Assembly: GCA_963663475.2 (NCBI GenBank)
Contig: CAXXJV010000001.1
Location: 960,001 to 1,024,000, forward strand
Origin: Candidatus Cloacimonadales bacterium
GTDB lineage: Bacteria; Cloacimonadota; Cloacimonadia; Cloacimonadales; JAFGVF01
Direction of reading: 5' to 3'
DNA length: 64,000 nucleotides
In this document: positions 45,981-56,808 of the stretch, one piece after another
Layout of the letters: each line of letters begins with the position of its first letter
Numbering within the stretch: position 1 is the stretch's first letter
Translations under genes and position numbers: made by a program
Notes under the pieces: model-generated
What the model was told of the DNA's origin: nothing
What the model saw: the letters and a program-made list of their open reading frames with translations, nothing else
The model's database searches: none

Positions 45981-46173
45981 GGCTCAAGTTCAAGTCTGGT
46001 GGGAATAATATAGGAAAATGAGAATATTTCATTACAATATTGATTCATCAAAAATCCCTGACTTGAACTTGAGCCTCCTTTTTGTTGGAGACCGGAGTTC
46101 CTCAGCCGTAGGCAAGGGACTTCGGGTGAAGAGTGTCGGAAGTCGCTACTCCGTGAGCAACTCCCGTCACTCT
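45981..46173. repeat. ~190 bp dispersed repeat, copy A
   Basis: Near-identical to 49588-49668 plus 49939-50050. Confidence 0.9.
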
Positions 46174-46277
46174 ATCTGCCTTTAGCAAGAATGAAAAATT
46201 AAAGAAGAAGGATTTCTGCATCTCCCAATTATTTAAGCTAAACTGGAAATTTAATCGTGATTCTAACTTGCTAGACT

Positions 46278-46446
46278 TTAACCCAAATGATACAGTAGAC
46301 CTTTGCGAATAGCAGAATCTTCTTTTGCTAAAGTAAGATCCATAATTTCTCCGAATATATGAAATATATGCGTCAAAATTCTGTAAGCTATTTTGCTAAA
46401 AGAATCTGCACTCTTCACTAAAGTTCTTCTAAACTATCTGGGCTAA
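46278..46446. mobile_element. MITE-like element, full-length copy
   Basis: TTAACCCAAAT...ATCTGGGCTAA terminal inverted repeats, related copies elsewhere in the window. Confidence 0.6.
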
Positions 46447-46529
46447 AGGCATAGTCACCATAAATATTAACTAATAATTGACATGAAAAATATTTTAATT
46501 ATACTATAAATAGTATGATAGGAGAAAAT

Positions 46530-46982
46530 ATGGAAACTGTTAATTATTTAGATATAGATAGATTTATGGGGGATTGGTATGTTATTGCCATAATCCCAAA
46601 TTTTATAGAGAAGTATGCATGTAATGGAATAGAAAGTTATAAACGTGGGAGAGGCAATAAGATAGAAATAACCTATACTTTCTTTAATAAAAAGCTGGGT
46701 CGCAAAAAGGTAATGCACCCTAAAGGCGAGATTTATAACAGGACCTCAAATGCAGAGTGGCGAGTGCAATTTATCTGGCCACTAAAATTTCCCTATTTAG
46801 TTCTCGATTTGGCCGATGATTATCGATATACTTCTATTGGGCTACCTAACAAGAAATTTGTTTGGATTATGAGTAGGACACCTCAAATGAGTGAAAATGA
46901 TTATGCTAATGCGCTAAAGAAGCTTGCAAACTTAACTTATGATGTGGGAAAAATTCAGAAAATGGAGCAGATATGGGACTAG
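46530..46982 (+). CDS. lipocalin (Blc-like)
   Basis: DIDRFMGDWYVIA, WPLK.PY, WIMSRTP motifs. Confidence 0.85.
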   Translation: METVNYLDIDRFMGDWYVIAIIPNFIEKYACNGIESYKRGRGNKIEITYTFFNKKLGRKKVMHPKGEIYNRTSNAEWRVQFIWPLKFPYLVLDLADDYRYTSIGLPNKKFVWIMSRTPQMSENDYANALKKLANLTYDVGKIQKMEQIWD

Positions 46983-48760
46983 CCAATCTCAAAATTAGTT
47001 ATCTTGATGGGGTAAGGTTTTATAATGCTTTTATAGCTGGAGGTCATGCCTTAATAAAAGAAAAATCATATCTAAACCAAATAAATGTTTTTCCGGTAGC
47101 AGATGCAGATACTGGGACAAACTTAGTTACTACTTTTAATGCAATCATTAATAAATCTCAGAAATATCCTTCTCTAAAAGATACTATTCAATCAATATCT
47201 GATTCGGCTCTAATGGGAGCTAGGGGAAATTCAGGAATCATCTTTGCCCAGTTTTTGGTAGGCCTCAGTAAAGAATTAGGGGATGCTTGTTCCATCACTA
47301 TTGATAAGTTTGCTGAAAGTGCAATTAGGGCAATGACTCATGTCTATGATTCCATTTCAGAACCAGTGGAAGGAACAATTCTCACAGTAATGCAAGCTTG
47401 GTCTCAAGCGATCAAGAGCTATAGCTCTTTTTCACAAGATTATATTCCTGTCCTTACCTCAGCATATTCAGTTGCTCAAGAGGCCTTAAAAGAGACACCT
47501 AATCAGCTTGCTCTTCTTAAAGAAGCTGGTGTTGTAGATGCAGGAGCTCAAGGATTTGTAAGTTTTCTTTCAGGAATAATGGATTTTATTACTTCAGGAA
47601 CAATTAAAGGTCTTGAACAAGATATTCCTAGAAACAATCAAGAAGACATACTTAATCATGATTTGCTTGATAATACAGGTTATCGTTATTGCACAGAAGC
47701 AGTTATTTCGGAATGTAAGCTTGATCTTAAGCAATTTAAAGCTAGATTTAAAAATCATGGTTCGTCATTAATTATTGCAGGTAGCAAGACTAAGATGCAT
47801 CTGCATATCCATACTGATAGACCTGATGAATTCTTCAATGAAGTTAAAGATATTGCTAATATTGAAGATATTAAAGTAGATGATATGTTTAGACAATTTC
47901 AGATTAACCATAAACGGAAATATTCCATAGGGATAGTAACCGATTCTGCCTGTGATTTACCAAGAGATATAATCGAAAAATATCAAATTCAAGAAATAGC
48001 TTTTGGCATTAATTTTGGTAAAAATTTATTCTTAGATAAACAAACTATTACTTCAGATAATTTTTATTACCTCTTAGAGCATGATAGAAATCATCCAGTA
48101 AGTTCTCAGCCAAGTCCTAAAGCAATAGAAAGTATTTATGAGATGATGAATAATAATTACCAACATACCTTTGCTATTCATATATCTAAAGAGCTATCAG
48201 GTCTATATTCATCTGCAAAAAATTTGTCTAAAAAATTTGATAAAGTTGAAGTCATAAATAGTAAACACTTATCAGGAAGTTTAGGCTTACTTGTCTTAAG
48301 ATTAGCTATTGAAATAGATAAAGGAAGAGATTATTTCCAAATAAAAGCAGACCTTCCCCAATGGATTAGTAAAACTAAAATTTTAACTGATATAAATACC
48401 TTAAAATATTTTGTAAGGGGTGGAAGAATTTCAACTTTAAAAGGATTTGCAGCCCAAATGCTAAACATTAAACCAATAATTTCCCTTGATGAAAACGGTA
48501 AGGGCATAGCTATTGGAAAATCTCATAGTAGAAAACAGAATATGAAGACTATTATTTCCAAAATTACAGACTTTGCAGAGGGAGGGAAAGTCTGGAATTA
48601 TGCAATTCTCCATGCTAAGGCTCCTCAGCGAGCCAAAGAATATGCAGATAAGTTAACTTTAATTCTTAAGAAAGAACCTGCTTTCACCTTAGCAATCTCT
48701 CCAGTAATTGGAGTGCATAATGGTATAGGTTCAGTGGCTGTTTGTATTATGCTAGAATAA
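46973..48760 (+). CDS. DAK2-DegV fusion (fatty acid kinase A/B-like)
   Basis: INVFPVADADTGTN, GARGNSG, VEGTILTV, VDAG; DegV half IVTDSACDL, SSQPS, HISKELSG, GGRI. Confidence 0.88.
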   Translation: MGLANLKISYLDGVRFYNAFIAGGHALIKEKSYLNQINVFPVADADTGTNLVTTFNAIINKSQKYPSLKDTIQSISDSALMGARGNSGIIFAQFLVGLSKELGDACSITIDKFAESAIRAMTHVYDSISEPVEGTILTVMQAWSQAIKSYSSFSQDYIPVLTSAYSVAQEALKETPNQLALLKEAGVVDAGAQGFVSFLSGIMDFITSGTIKGLEQDIPRNNQEDILNHDLLDNTGYRYCTEAVISECKLDLKQFKARFKNHGSSLIIAGSKTKMHLHIHTDRPDEFFNEVKDIANIEDIKVDDMFRQFQINHKRKYSIGIVTDSACDLPRDIIEKYQIQEIAFGINFGKNLFLDKQTITSDNFYYLLEHDRNHPVSSQPSPKAIESIYEMMNNNYQHTFAIHISKELSGLYSSAKNLSKKFDKVEVINSKHLSGSLGLLVLRLAIEIDKGRDYFQIKADLPQWISKTKILTDINTLKYFVRGGRISTLKGFAAQMLNIKPIISLDENGKGIAIGKSHSRKQNMKTIISKITDFAEGGKVWNYAILHAKAPQRAKEYADKLTLILKKEPAFTLAISPVIGVHNGIGSVAVCIMLE

Positions 48761-48799
48761 TCCCAAATAGTGATTATATTCAAGGAATAAGGAGATAAT

Positions 48800-49579
48800 A
48801 TGGTAGATTTACTTATGGCAAATGCAATTCTTATACTTAGCTTTTTTACTTTGCTATTTATTTTAGCTTTGATCAAAAAAGATAACTCAATAGTAGATAT
48901 TGCTTGGGGAATGGGTTTCATTTTAGTTAGTCTTTTCACCCTCTATATGCAAGCTTCTGATAACAAGAGATTCCACTTGCTGGTAGTTTTGATATTAATC
49001 TGGGGCTTGCGCTTATCCTTTTATATCTTAGCTAGAAATCGAGGGAAAAAAGAAGATTTTCGTTATGCTCAATGGCGAAGAGATTGGGGAAGATTCTGGA
49101 TTATCAGAAGTTTTGTTCAAGTATTTATGCTTCAAGCCTTCTTCTTATTAACAATAGTCTATCCCCTTTTAATGGTTTCTCAAAGCACTTTTACTAGCTT
49201 TACTCTTCTTGATCTTGTAGGTGTGGCGCTATGGCTACTTGGTTTTCTTTTCCAAGCTCTAGGAGATTATCAGAAATCTGCCTTTAAGAAAAACTCTGCT
49301 AATAAGGGCAAGATTATGCAGTCAGGACTATGGCGATATAGTAGACACCCCAATTATTTCGGAGAATCTGCTATGTGGTGGGGAATATTTATCATCACTT
49401 TAAATATCAAGCACGGTATTTATGCTATATTTAGTCCTGCTATTATTACATTTCTTCTCCTTTTTGTCTCTGGTATCCCCCTCTTAGAAAAGAGATATAA
49501 AAATAATGCTGACTTTCAAGATTATAAAAAAAGGACCAGTGCCTTTATTCCCTGGTTTCCTAAAAAGTTGAATAACTGA
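48800..49579 (+). CDS. DUF1295 / steroid 5-alpha-reductase-like membrane protein
   Basis: [27 protein letters not shown]. Confidence 0.88.
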   Translation: MVDLLMANAILILSFFTLLFILALIKKDNSIVDIAWGMGFILVSLFTLYMQASDNKRFHLLVVLILIWGLRLSFYILARNRGKKEDFRYAQWRRDWGRFWIIRSFVQVFMLQAFFLLTIVYPLLMVSQSTFTSFTLLDLVGVALWLLGFLFQALGDYQKSAFKKNSANKGKIMQSGLWRYSRHPNYFGESAMWWGIFIITLNIKHGIYAIFSPAIITFLLLFVSGIPLLEKRYKNNADFQDYKKRTSAFIPWFPKKLNN

Positions 49580-49587
49580 CTTCTTTT

Positions 49588-50050
49588 GGCTCAAATTAAA
49601 GTCTGGTGGGAATAATATAGGGAAATGAGAATATTTCATTACTATATTGATTTATCAAAAATCCCTGAAAGGGATAAAATAATTTAGCCCAGGGTAAGAT
49701 GCTGAAAGTATCGCAACCCTGGTTAATGATGGCTAGCCCAAAGATATTACCCTGTAAGGGTTTAATAAAATGATAAATAATATATTATTGTATAAGTCTA
49801 TGGTATATATGATGTTATTTAACCCTTTCAGGGTTAGGCTTTGTTTTTCATTACCAGTACCCAGGCTTGCATTCCCTTCAGGAATTTAACCCGGGCTAAA
49901 CTATTTATCCCCTTTAGGGATTTAAGACTTATCCCTGACTTGAACTTGAGCCTGCTTTTTGTTGGAGACCGGAGTTCCTCAGCCGTAGGCAAGGGACTTC
50001 GGGTGAAGAGTGTCGGAAGTCGCTACTCCGTGAGCAACTCCCGTCACTCT
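49588..50050. repeat. ~190 bp dispersed repeat, copy B, with a nested 270 bp palindromic insert
   Basis: ATCCCTGA occurs at 49661 and 49931, bracketing a long imperfect palindrome. Confidence 0.85.
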
Positions 50051-50385
50051 TCATATAATCTTACTTGCAACTTTCTATTATTCAAGCAATATGCTATAAT
50101 GAAAGTCTTTTATTTACAACCAGACTTGAACAAGAGTCTAAAATGGCTAGAGATAAAGAGATTTACCTGTGATTGAAGTCCTTTAACTAAGCTCATTATT
50201 GTGTGTAAAATTTACTACAATTATTCTAACAAATCATCAAGATAAATTTATCGAATTAAAAAACTTGCAAAATTTTAAAGACTCATTTATTTGGGGACTA
50301 ATAGAATATCTTATAAAATAAAATACATTTACCAAGATAATTATTTAGAGAATTATAAAATATTAAAAAAATATTGGGAGAAAAG

Positions 50386-51714
50386 ATGAGTTTAAAAACA
50401 TTTATGGGTGGAGCACATCCTCATGATTTTAAAGAGTTTTCAAAAGATGCTTTCATCGAAGAATTTCCCCTCCCTAAAAAGGTAATTATTCAATTATCTC
50501 AGCACATTGGTGCTCCTTCAAAACCAATAGTAAAAGTTGGTGATGAAGTTAAAACAGGACAAGTAATAGCAGAAGCAGGTGGATTTGTTTCCATACCTAT
50601 GCATTCTTCTATTACCGGGAAAGTAACAAAGATTGCGAAGTTTCCACACCCAACTGGAAATAGTCAGATGGCTATTGAAATAACAGGTGATGGAAAAACA
50701 GATGAATGGGTAGAGCTAATAGATGAGAAGGATTACTTATCGCTTAGTTCAGAAGAGATGAAAAAGAGAATACTTGAAGCAGGTGTTTGTGGGATGGGAG
50801 GAGCAGGATTTCCTACTCATGTAAAGCTTTCCCCACCAGCAGACAAACCAATAGACACAGTAATTCTCAATGGTGTAGAGTGCGAGCCATTCCTTACAGC
50901 TGATTACAGGATAATGTTAGAGCAAGCAGAGGACATAATAAAGGGACTCAAGGCTATCATGAAGATAGTCAAGGCAGAGAGAGGTATAATAGGAATAGAG
51001 TCTAACAAGCCAGATGCGATAAAGCACATATCTAATTTAGTTAGCAAAGAGAGTAATATTGAAGTAGTTTCTTTAAAGGTTAAGTATCCCCAAGGGGCAG
51101 AGAAACAGCTTATTTATGCTTCTACCAAACGCAAGGTACCAAACAAGGGTGGACTTCCTATGGAAGCAAAAGTAGTGGTTCAGAATGTTGGAACTGCTAT
51201 TGCTGTCTATGAAGCTATTGCCAAGAAGAAGCCATTAATAGAGAGGGTAATCACTGTTACTGGTAGAATAGTAAAAAATCCTAAGAACTACCGGGCAAGG
51301 ATAGGAACATTATATTCTGAATTATTAGAAGTTTCTGGTGGTGTTAGTGAAGAGATAGGTTCAGTAATTTCTGGCGGACCTATGATGGGATTTGCAATTC
51401 CAACTTTAGAAACCCCAATGACTAAAGGTTCTTCTGGTTTATTATTATTCAACAAAAAGCAAGCCAAGCGTAATCAAGAACAAAATTGTATTTCCTGTGC
51501 TGGTTGTGTCAATGTATGCCCAATGAATCTTATTCCTAATATGATAGTAAGAGGAACAAAGTATAGCGATTGGGCAATGACAGAAAAGGCAGGTGCAATG
51601 GATTGTATGCGTTGTGGAACTTGTGCTTATGTATGTCCTGCTAACATTAATATTCTTCAGTATGTAGATATAGCTAAGGCGAAAATCTTTGAAGAAAGAA
51701 AAAAGTCTAAATAG
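50386..51714 (+). CDS. rnfC: Rnf complex subunit C
   Basis: QHIGAP, GMGGAGFPT, ECEPFLT, YPQGAEKQL, GGPMMG, two CxxCxxCxxxCP motifs. Confidence 0.96.
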   Translation: MSLKTFMGGAHPHDFKEFSKDAFIEEFPLPKKVIIQLSQHIGAPSKPIVKVGDEVKTGQVIAEAGGFVSIPMHSSITGKVTKIAKFPHPTGNSQMAIEITGDGKTDEWVELIDEKDYLSLSSEEMKKRILEAGVCGMGGAGFPTHVKLSPPADKPIDTVILNGVECEPFLTADYRIMLEQAEDIIKGLKAIMKIVKAERGIIGIESNKPDAIKHISNLVSKESNIEVVSLKVKYPQGAEKQLIYASTKRKVPNKGGLPMEAKVVVQNVGTAIAVYEAIAKKKPLIERVITVTGRIVKNPKNYRARIGTLYSELLEVSGGVSEEIGSVISGGPMMGFAIPTLETPMTKGSSGLLLFNKKQAKRNQEQNCISCAGCVNVCPMNLIPNMIVRGTKYSDWAMTEKAGAMDCMRCGTCAYVCPANINILQYVDIAKAKIFEERKKSK

Positions 51715-51723
51715 GAGTGAATA

Positions 51724-52812
51724 ATGTCGAATAATATATATAAAGTATCCCCTGCTCCTCATTTACACGAGCATCAATCAACTTCTAATATCATGTGGAT
51801 GGTAGTAATTGCCTTACTTCCTGCTTTAGGAGTCGGAACTTATTTTTATGGAATAAAAGCTTTTTTACTAACACTAGTTGGAGGATTAGTAGCTGTTGTT
51901 TGTGAAGCTTTGATACAGAAATGGAGAAAAGTGCCAATTACTATTTCTGATGGTTCAGCCTTTCTGACAGGTCTTTTAGTTTCCTTTAATATTCATGCAA
52001 ATGCTCCTTATTGGTTACCTATTGTTGGTTCTATATTTGCTATTGCAGTGGGAAAACAAGTCTTTGGTGGTTTAGGAAATAATCCTTTAAATCCTGCTCT
52101 ATTAGGAAGAGCCTTCTTACTTGCTTCTTGGCCTACTCTCATGACTGATGGTTGGAAGCATACTATAAAAAATTCTATTTCTGGTATTTCAGAAACAACT
52201 ATGGCTAATGTGCAAAATATGTCTAACATTGCCTACACTAAGATTACTTCTGCTACTCCTTTAAATGTCATTAAATCTATTAGGGATGTTGAAATGTTCA
52301 CTGATGCTAGTGATCCTGCTTTAGTGCAAGATACTATTTTTAATGGTTTACTTGACTGGACATCTTTGGGAAATCTTTTAACTGGAAATATTGGTGGTTG
52401 TATTGGTGAAGTTTCTGCCCTTGCTCTTATCATTGGAGGAATCTTCTTAATGGCTAAACATATTATTGATTGGAGAATACCTTTCTCTTATGTGGGAAGT
52501 GTCTTTGTACTTGCTTGGGCTTTTGGTGGTATGAATGGTCTTTTCTCTGCAGGAATCCAACTTCCTCTTTTTCATATTCTTTCTGGTGGACTCATGCTGG
52601 GTGCTTTCTTTATGGCAACAGACTATGTATCAACGCCAGTTACTAAGCGAGGAAGAATAATCTTTGGTTTGGGTTGTGGAGTCTTGACTATTACTATCAG
52701 GCTGGTTGGTGGTTATCCAGAGGGTGTATCTTACTCTATCCTCTTGATGAACCTTGCTACTCCACTTATTGATAAATGGACTATGCCTAAAGCTTTCGGA
52801 GAGGTGAAATAA
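51724..52812 (+). CDS. rnfD: Rnf complex subunit D
   Basis: FGGLG.N..NPA, SATPL, GCIGE, FMATD, YPEG. Confidence 0.95.
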   Translation: MSNNIYKVSPAPHLHEHQSTSNIMWMVVIALLPALGVGTYFYGIKAFLLTLVGGLVAVVCEALIQKWRKVPITISDGSAFLTGLLVSFNIHANAPYWLPIVGSIFAIAVGKQVFGGLGNNPLNPALLGRAFLLASWPTLMTDGWKHTIKNSISGISETTMANVQNMSNIAYTKITSATPLNVIKSIRDVEMFTDASDPALVQDTIFNGLLDWTSLGNLLTGNIGGCIGEVSALALIIGGIFLMAKHIIDWRIPFSYVGSVFVLAWAFGGMNGLFSAGIQLPLFHILSGGLMLGAFFMATDYVSTPVTKRGRIIFGLGCGVLTITIRLVGGYPEGVSYSILLMNLATPLIDKWTMPKAFGEVK

Positions 52813-53381
52813 TGAAATATTATCTTAAATTAGGTCTTATTTTATTTGTAACTTGTGCCATTGCTACTGGAATCTTAGCATATTTGAATGGCTTAACTGC
52901 TCCTATGATTAAAGACGTTAAGGATAAAGAAGCTAAAGAAGCTAGATTAGAAGTTACTAAAGTGGATGAAAATGATTCAAATGATTATAGTTTCCAAGCT
53001 AAATTCTTGCAACTTGATATCAAGGGTGATTCACTTTATTATTATGTTGCCTATGACCAAAATAATGACAAGGTTGGATACGTTCTTACTGCGACTAAGT
53101 ACGGCTATTCTTCCAATGTTAAGACTGTTGTGGGACTTACTCAAGATTTCAAAATAAAGAAGATTAAAGTGATTGACCAAGCAGAAACTCCTGGACTTGG
53201 TGCTAAATGTGTTAACCCTGATTTTGCTCCTCGCTTTGCTAACTTAGGACTTGATGATCTTAAAGTTGATAAAGATGGAGGAAAGATTCAATCTATTACT
53301 GGTGCTACAATTACTACAAGAACTATCAGCAATTCAATCAAAGAATCTCTGCAACTTCTTAGGGAAAAGGAGGCTAACTAA
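52812..53381 (+). CDS. rnfG: Rnf complex subunit G
   Basis: ETPGLG, ITGATIT FMN-attachment motif. Confidence 0.93.
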   Translation: MKYYLKLGLILFVTCAIATGILAYLNGLTAPMIKDVKDKEAKEARLEVTKVDENDSNDYSFQAKFLQLDIKGDSLYYYVAYDQNNDKVGYVLTATKYGYSSNVKTVVGLTQDFKIKKIKVIDQAETPGLGAKCVNPDFAPRFANLGLDDLKVDKDGGKIQSITGATITTRTISNSIKESLQLLREKEAN

Positions 53382-53980
53382 TGACTGCTATGAAAGAATT
53401 TACTAAAGGATTCATCAAGGAAAACCCTGTTTTTATCTTGGTTTTAGGTATGTGTCCTACTTTGGCTGTTACCTCTTCTGTTAAGGATGCTTTAGGAATG
53501 GGGCTATCTGCTACTTTCGTTCTGCTTTGCTCCAATATAATAGTTTCTTTAATCAAGGGAATCGTGCCTACTAAAATCAGAATTCCTATGTTTATCGTGG
53601 TGATTGCTACCTTCGTGACTATCGTTGATATGGCTATGGCAGCTTTCATGCCTCCACTTCATAAATCATTAGGACTCTTCATTCCTCTAATAGTGGTGAA
53701 TTGTATTATCCTTGGAAGAGCTGAAGCTTTTGCTTCAAAAAATAATATCTTTATGTCTATTATGGATGCTTTAGGAATGGGACTTGGCTTTACCTTTGCT
53801 TTGGTAGTGCTTGGTGCTATCAGAGAAATTCTTGGTGCAGGAAAATTCCTTGGAATACCTGTCCTTCCTCAAGCCTACCAAGACAATCCTATGTTGGTTG
53901 CTATTCTTGCTCCAGGTGCATTCATTACACTAGGTTTCATTTTAGCTGTTATTAATCTACTTAACAAAAGGGGTAAATAA
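53381..53980 (+). CDS. rnfE: Rnf complex subunit E
   Basis: LGMCPTLAVT, PLIVVNCIILGRAE. Confidence 0.95.
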   Translation: MTAMKEFTKGFIKENPVFILVLGMCPTLAVTSSVKDALGMGLSATFVLLCSNIIVSLIKGIVPTKIRIPMFIVVIATFVTIVDMAMAAFMPPLHKSLGLFIPLIVVNCIILGRAEAFASKNNIFMSIMDALGMGLGFTFALVVLGAIREILGAGKFLGIPVLPQAYQDNPMLVAILAPGAFITLGFILAVINLLNKRGK

Positions 53981-54579
53981 TGGAATTTTTAAGTCAAATT
54001 ATGATCATGGCTGTCGGTGCCATATTTATAAATAACTTCGTTTTAGCTAAGTTTCTTGGAATCTGTCCTTACCTTGGTGTTTCCAAAAAGTTGGATTCTG
54101 CTTTGGGTATGGGAATGGCTGTTATCTTTGTCATGACAATGGCTTCAGCTTTCACTTGGCTAATTCAAACTTATCTGCTGGTTCCTTTTAATATTGAATA
54201 CTTGCAGACTATTGCCTTTATTCTTACAATCGCTTCTTTAGTGCAATTTGTGGAAATGGTCATTCAAAAGAATGCTCCTGCCCTCTATAAATCACTGGGT
54301 GTTTTCCTTCCTCTTATCACTACCAATTGTGCAGTTCTTGGTGTGGCTATTCTTAACCTGACTGCTGATAACGGACTTCCTTATAACTTCGGTTTCTCTA
54401 TTCTTAATGGTTTCTTCTCGGGTGTAGGATTTACTCTTGTGCTTGTGTTGATGGCTGGAATTAGAGAAAAACTCGAATACGCTGAACTTCCTGCTTCCAT
54501 GAAAGGTATGCCTATTGCCCTTATTATTGCTGGCTCTATGGCTCTTGCTTTTCTTGGTTTTGCCGGACTTAAGTTTTAA
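53980..54579 (+). CDS. rnfA: Rnf complex subunit A
   Basis: NNFVL..FLGICP, PLITTNCAVLG. Confidence 0.95.
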   Translation: MEFLSQIMIMAVGAIFINNFVLAKFLGICPYLGVSKKLDSALGMGMAVIFVMTMASAFTWLIQTYLLVPFNIEYLQTIAFILTIASLVQFVEMVIQKNAPALYKSLGVFLPLITTNCAVLGVAILNLTADNGLPYNFGFSILNGFFSGVGFTLVLVLMAGIREKLEYAELPASMKGMPIALIIAGSMALAFLGFAGLKF

Positions 54580-54597
54580 GGTCAATAAGGAGATATT

Positions 54598-55590
54598 ATG
54601 TTAGAAAGTATTTTAGTTCCCATTGGTGTTGTTGGAGGATTAGGGCTTCTTTATGGACTTGGCTTGGCTGTTGCTTCTAAGAAATTCCATGTGGAAGTTG
54701 ATGCAAGAGTTGAACAGATTATGGAAGTTTTACCCGGTGCTAATTGTGGTGCTTGTGGAAAGCCTGGATGTGCTGGCTATGCAGAAGCTATCGTAAATGA
54801 AGGTGCTCCTATTAATGCTTGTGCTCCTGGAGGTGCCGATACAGTTGCTATGATTGCTGGGATTATGGGTCAGACTGCTTCTGCAGGTGAAAAGAAAGTT
54901 GCTTATATTCATTGTGCTTCTGGTGGGAGAAAAACTACAAAACTTAAGTATGAATATCAGGGGATTGAGACATGTAAGGCAGCGGTGAATGTGTCTTCAG
55001 GTCCTAATCTTTGTACATATGGTTGTGTAGGATTGAATGATTGTTTTGAGGCATGCCCATTTGATGCTATTATAATAGATGAGGATAATCAAAGAATTAT
55101 AGATGAAGATAAATGTACTGCTTGTGGGGCATGTGTTAAGGCTTGTCCACGGAATCTAATTGAGCTTATACCTGAAAGTAAGATAGTAAGAATAGACTGT
55201 TCTTCTCACGATTTTGGTGCTGTTCCGAAGCAGGTTTGTGGTGCAGGACATCCTTGTATCGGTTGTGGGATATGTGCTAAGAATTGTCCTGTTGATGCTA
55301 TTAGTATGGAAGGGCAGTTGGCAGTAATCGATTATGAGAAGTGTATTAATTGTGGAATCTGTGCGACAAAATGTCCGACAAAGGCAATTGAAGATGCTCT
55401 TAAAGGAATGCGTAAGAAAGCTGAAATAATCGATGAGAAGTGTATCGGCTGTACTATTTGTGCGAAGAAATGCCCAGTTGGAGCTATCACTGGTAATCTT
55501 AAAGAAGTTCATCATGTTGACCAAGATAAATGCGTTGGCTGTGGTATCTGCGAGGAGAAATGCCCTAAAGATGCTATTGTGATGAAGTGA
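54598..55590 (+). CDS. rnfB: Rnf complex subunit B (polyferredoxin type)
   Basis: LPGANCGACG..GC and multiple CxxCxxCxxxCP motifs. Confidence 0.95.
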   Translation: MLESILVPIGVVGGLGLLYGLGLAVASKKFHVEVDARVEQIMEVLPGANCGACGKPGCAGYAEAIVNEGAPINACAPGGADTVAMIAGIMGQTASAGEKKVAYIHCASGGRKTTKLKYEYQGIETCKAAVNVSSGPNLCTYGCVGLNDCFEACPFDAIIIDEDNQRIIDEDKCTACGACVKACPRNLIELIPESKIVRIDCSSHDFGAVPKQVCGAGHPCIGCGICAKNCPVDAISMEGQLAVIDYEKCINCGICATKCPTKAIEDALKGMRKKAEIIDEKCIGCTICAKKCPVGAITGNLKEVHHVDQDKCVGCGICEEKCPKDAIVMK

Positions 55591-55631
55591 AAAAAGAAAG
55601 ATTCACACGAAGACACGAAGTCACGAAGGAA

Positions 55632-55675
55632 TTGAGAATTGAGAAGTGAGAGTTGAGAATTGAGAATTGAGAATT
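55632..55675 (+). repeat. heptamer tandem repeat (TTGAGAA)
   Basis: About six copies; also present at 61114-61126. Confidence 0.8.
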
Positions 55676-55744
55676 ACTGGGAAGATGGACATCTTTGTTC
55701 CGCAAATAAAATAATAATAGAAAAATAATAAATACTTAAAATGA

Positions 55745-55780
55745 AACCCCTTCTGCTTTTAGAGGGGGTTGCTTTTTTTT
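55745..55780 (+). terminator. rho-independent terminator after the rnf operon
   Basis: AACCCCTTCT...AGAGGGGGTT followed by a T-tract. Confidence 0.7.
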
Positions 55781-56079
55781 GGGGATGGTTTTATAATAAA
55801 AAGGATCTCTTTTAAGTAGAGTGGGTACTACTATAATACTAAAAAAATACTAGAATTTTTAGATTTCGTTTTTACACAGTCTGTCCCGCGACACAATAAC
55901 GTAAGCACTTGATTTCTGCATAAACGCGGGCTGGAATCCCGCGACCCAAATACGGGCAGACTTTTAGCAAGCTAATTTTTTCCTAAACTCTGTGTAACTC
56001 TGTGGTCTCTGTCAATGGAAGTTTAAACTGGTACACTTTTGGAAGTCATAACTGGTACACTGTTGTAAACATTTTTTTT

Positions 56080-56808
56080 CTACATTTTTCCTTTCATTCG
56101 ATAGCTATTTCCATCGATCAGGATAGTTTCAGCATGATGGACTAATCTGTCGACTATTGCTGTAGTGATAACATTATCTCCAAAAGATTCTCCCCATTCT
56201 TGAAAAAGTCTGTTTGAGGTTATTATGACTGATCTGAATTCATAAAGTTCATTAACAAGCTTAAAGAATAAACTTGCATTAACTGCCTTAATAGGTAAAT
56301 ATCCTATTTCATCAATAATGATTAAATCATTTTTTACTAATTTAGATATCCACTTTTTAAAATCATTTTCATTATTGGCTATAATCATTTCATCGATTAA
56401 TTCATTCATATTGTAAAATATTACCTTGTATCCTTTCAAAATAGCTTCATATCCCAAGGCAATAGATATATGCGTCTTACCAACCCCTGGAGGTCCCATT
56501 AATATTTTGTTTTCTCTGTTATCGATCCAATTAAACTCCTTCCACTCTGTTATCATTCTTTTAGTTACTGAATGCTGATATTTAAAATCGAACTCATCAA
56601 AATTCTTTAATATTGGGAAATTTGCCCTTCTTAATTGCAAAGATATCAATGTCTGATTTCTGCTATTGCATTCATTTTCAATAACATAAGATAAAAAACT
56701 AAGATATGATAATTCTTTATCTTGTGCATATTTTAAATATGATTCTAAATTATTAATTGTATGTCTGCATCTAATTCTTAATAAATTTTTCCTTAAATTT
56801 TCTATCAT
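56080..56808 (-). CDS. istB: IS21 helper ATPase IstB
   Basis: Identical to the 31405..32133 protein. Confidence 0.96.
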   Translation of the reverse strand: MIENLRKNLLRIRCRHTINNLESYLKYAQDKELSYLSFLSYVIENECNSRNQTLISLQLRRANFPILKNFDEFDFKYQHSVTKRMITEWKEFNWIDNRENKILMGPPGVGKTHISIALGYEAILKGYKVIFYNMNELIDEMIIANNENDFKKWISKLVKNDLIIIDEIGYLPIKAVNASLFFKLVNELYEFRSVIITSNRLFQEWGESFGDNVITTAIVDRLVHHAETILIDGNSYRMKGKM

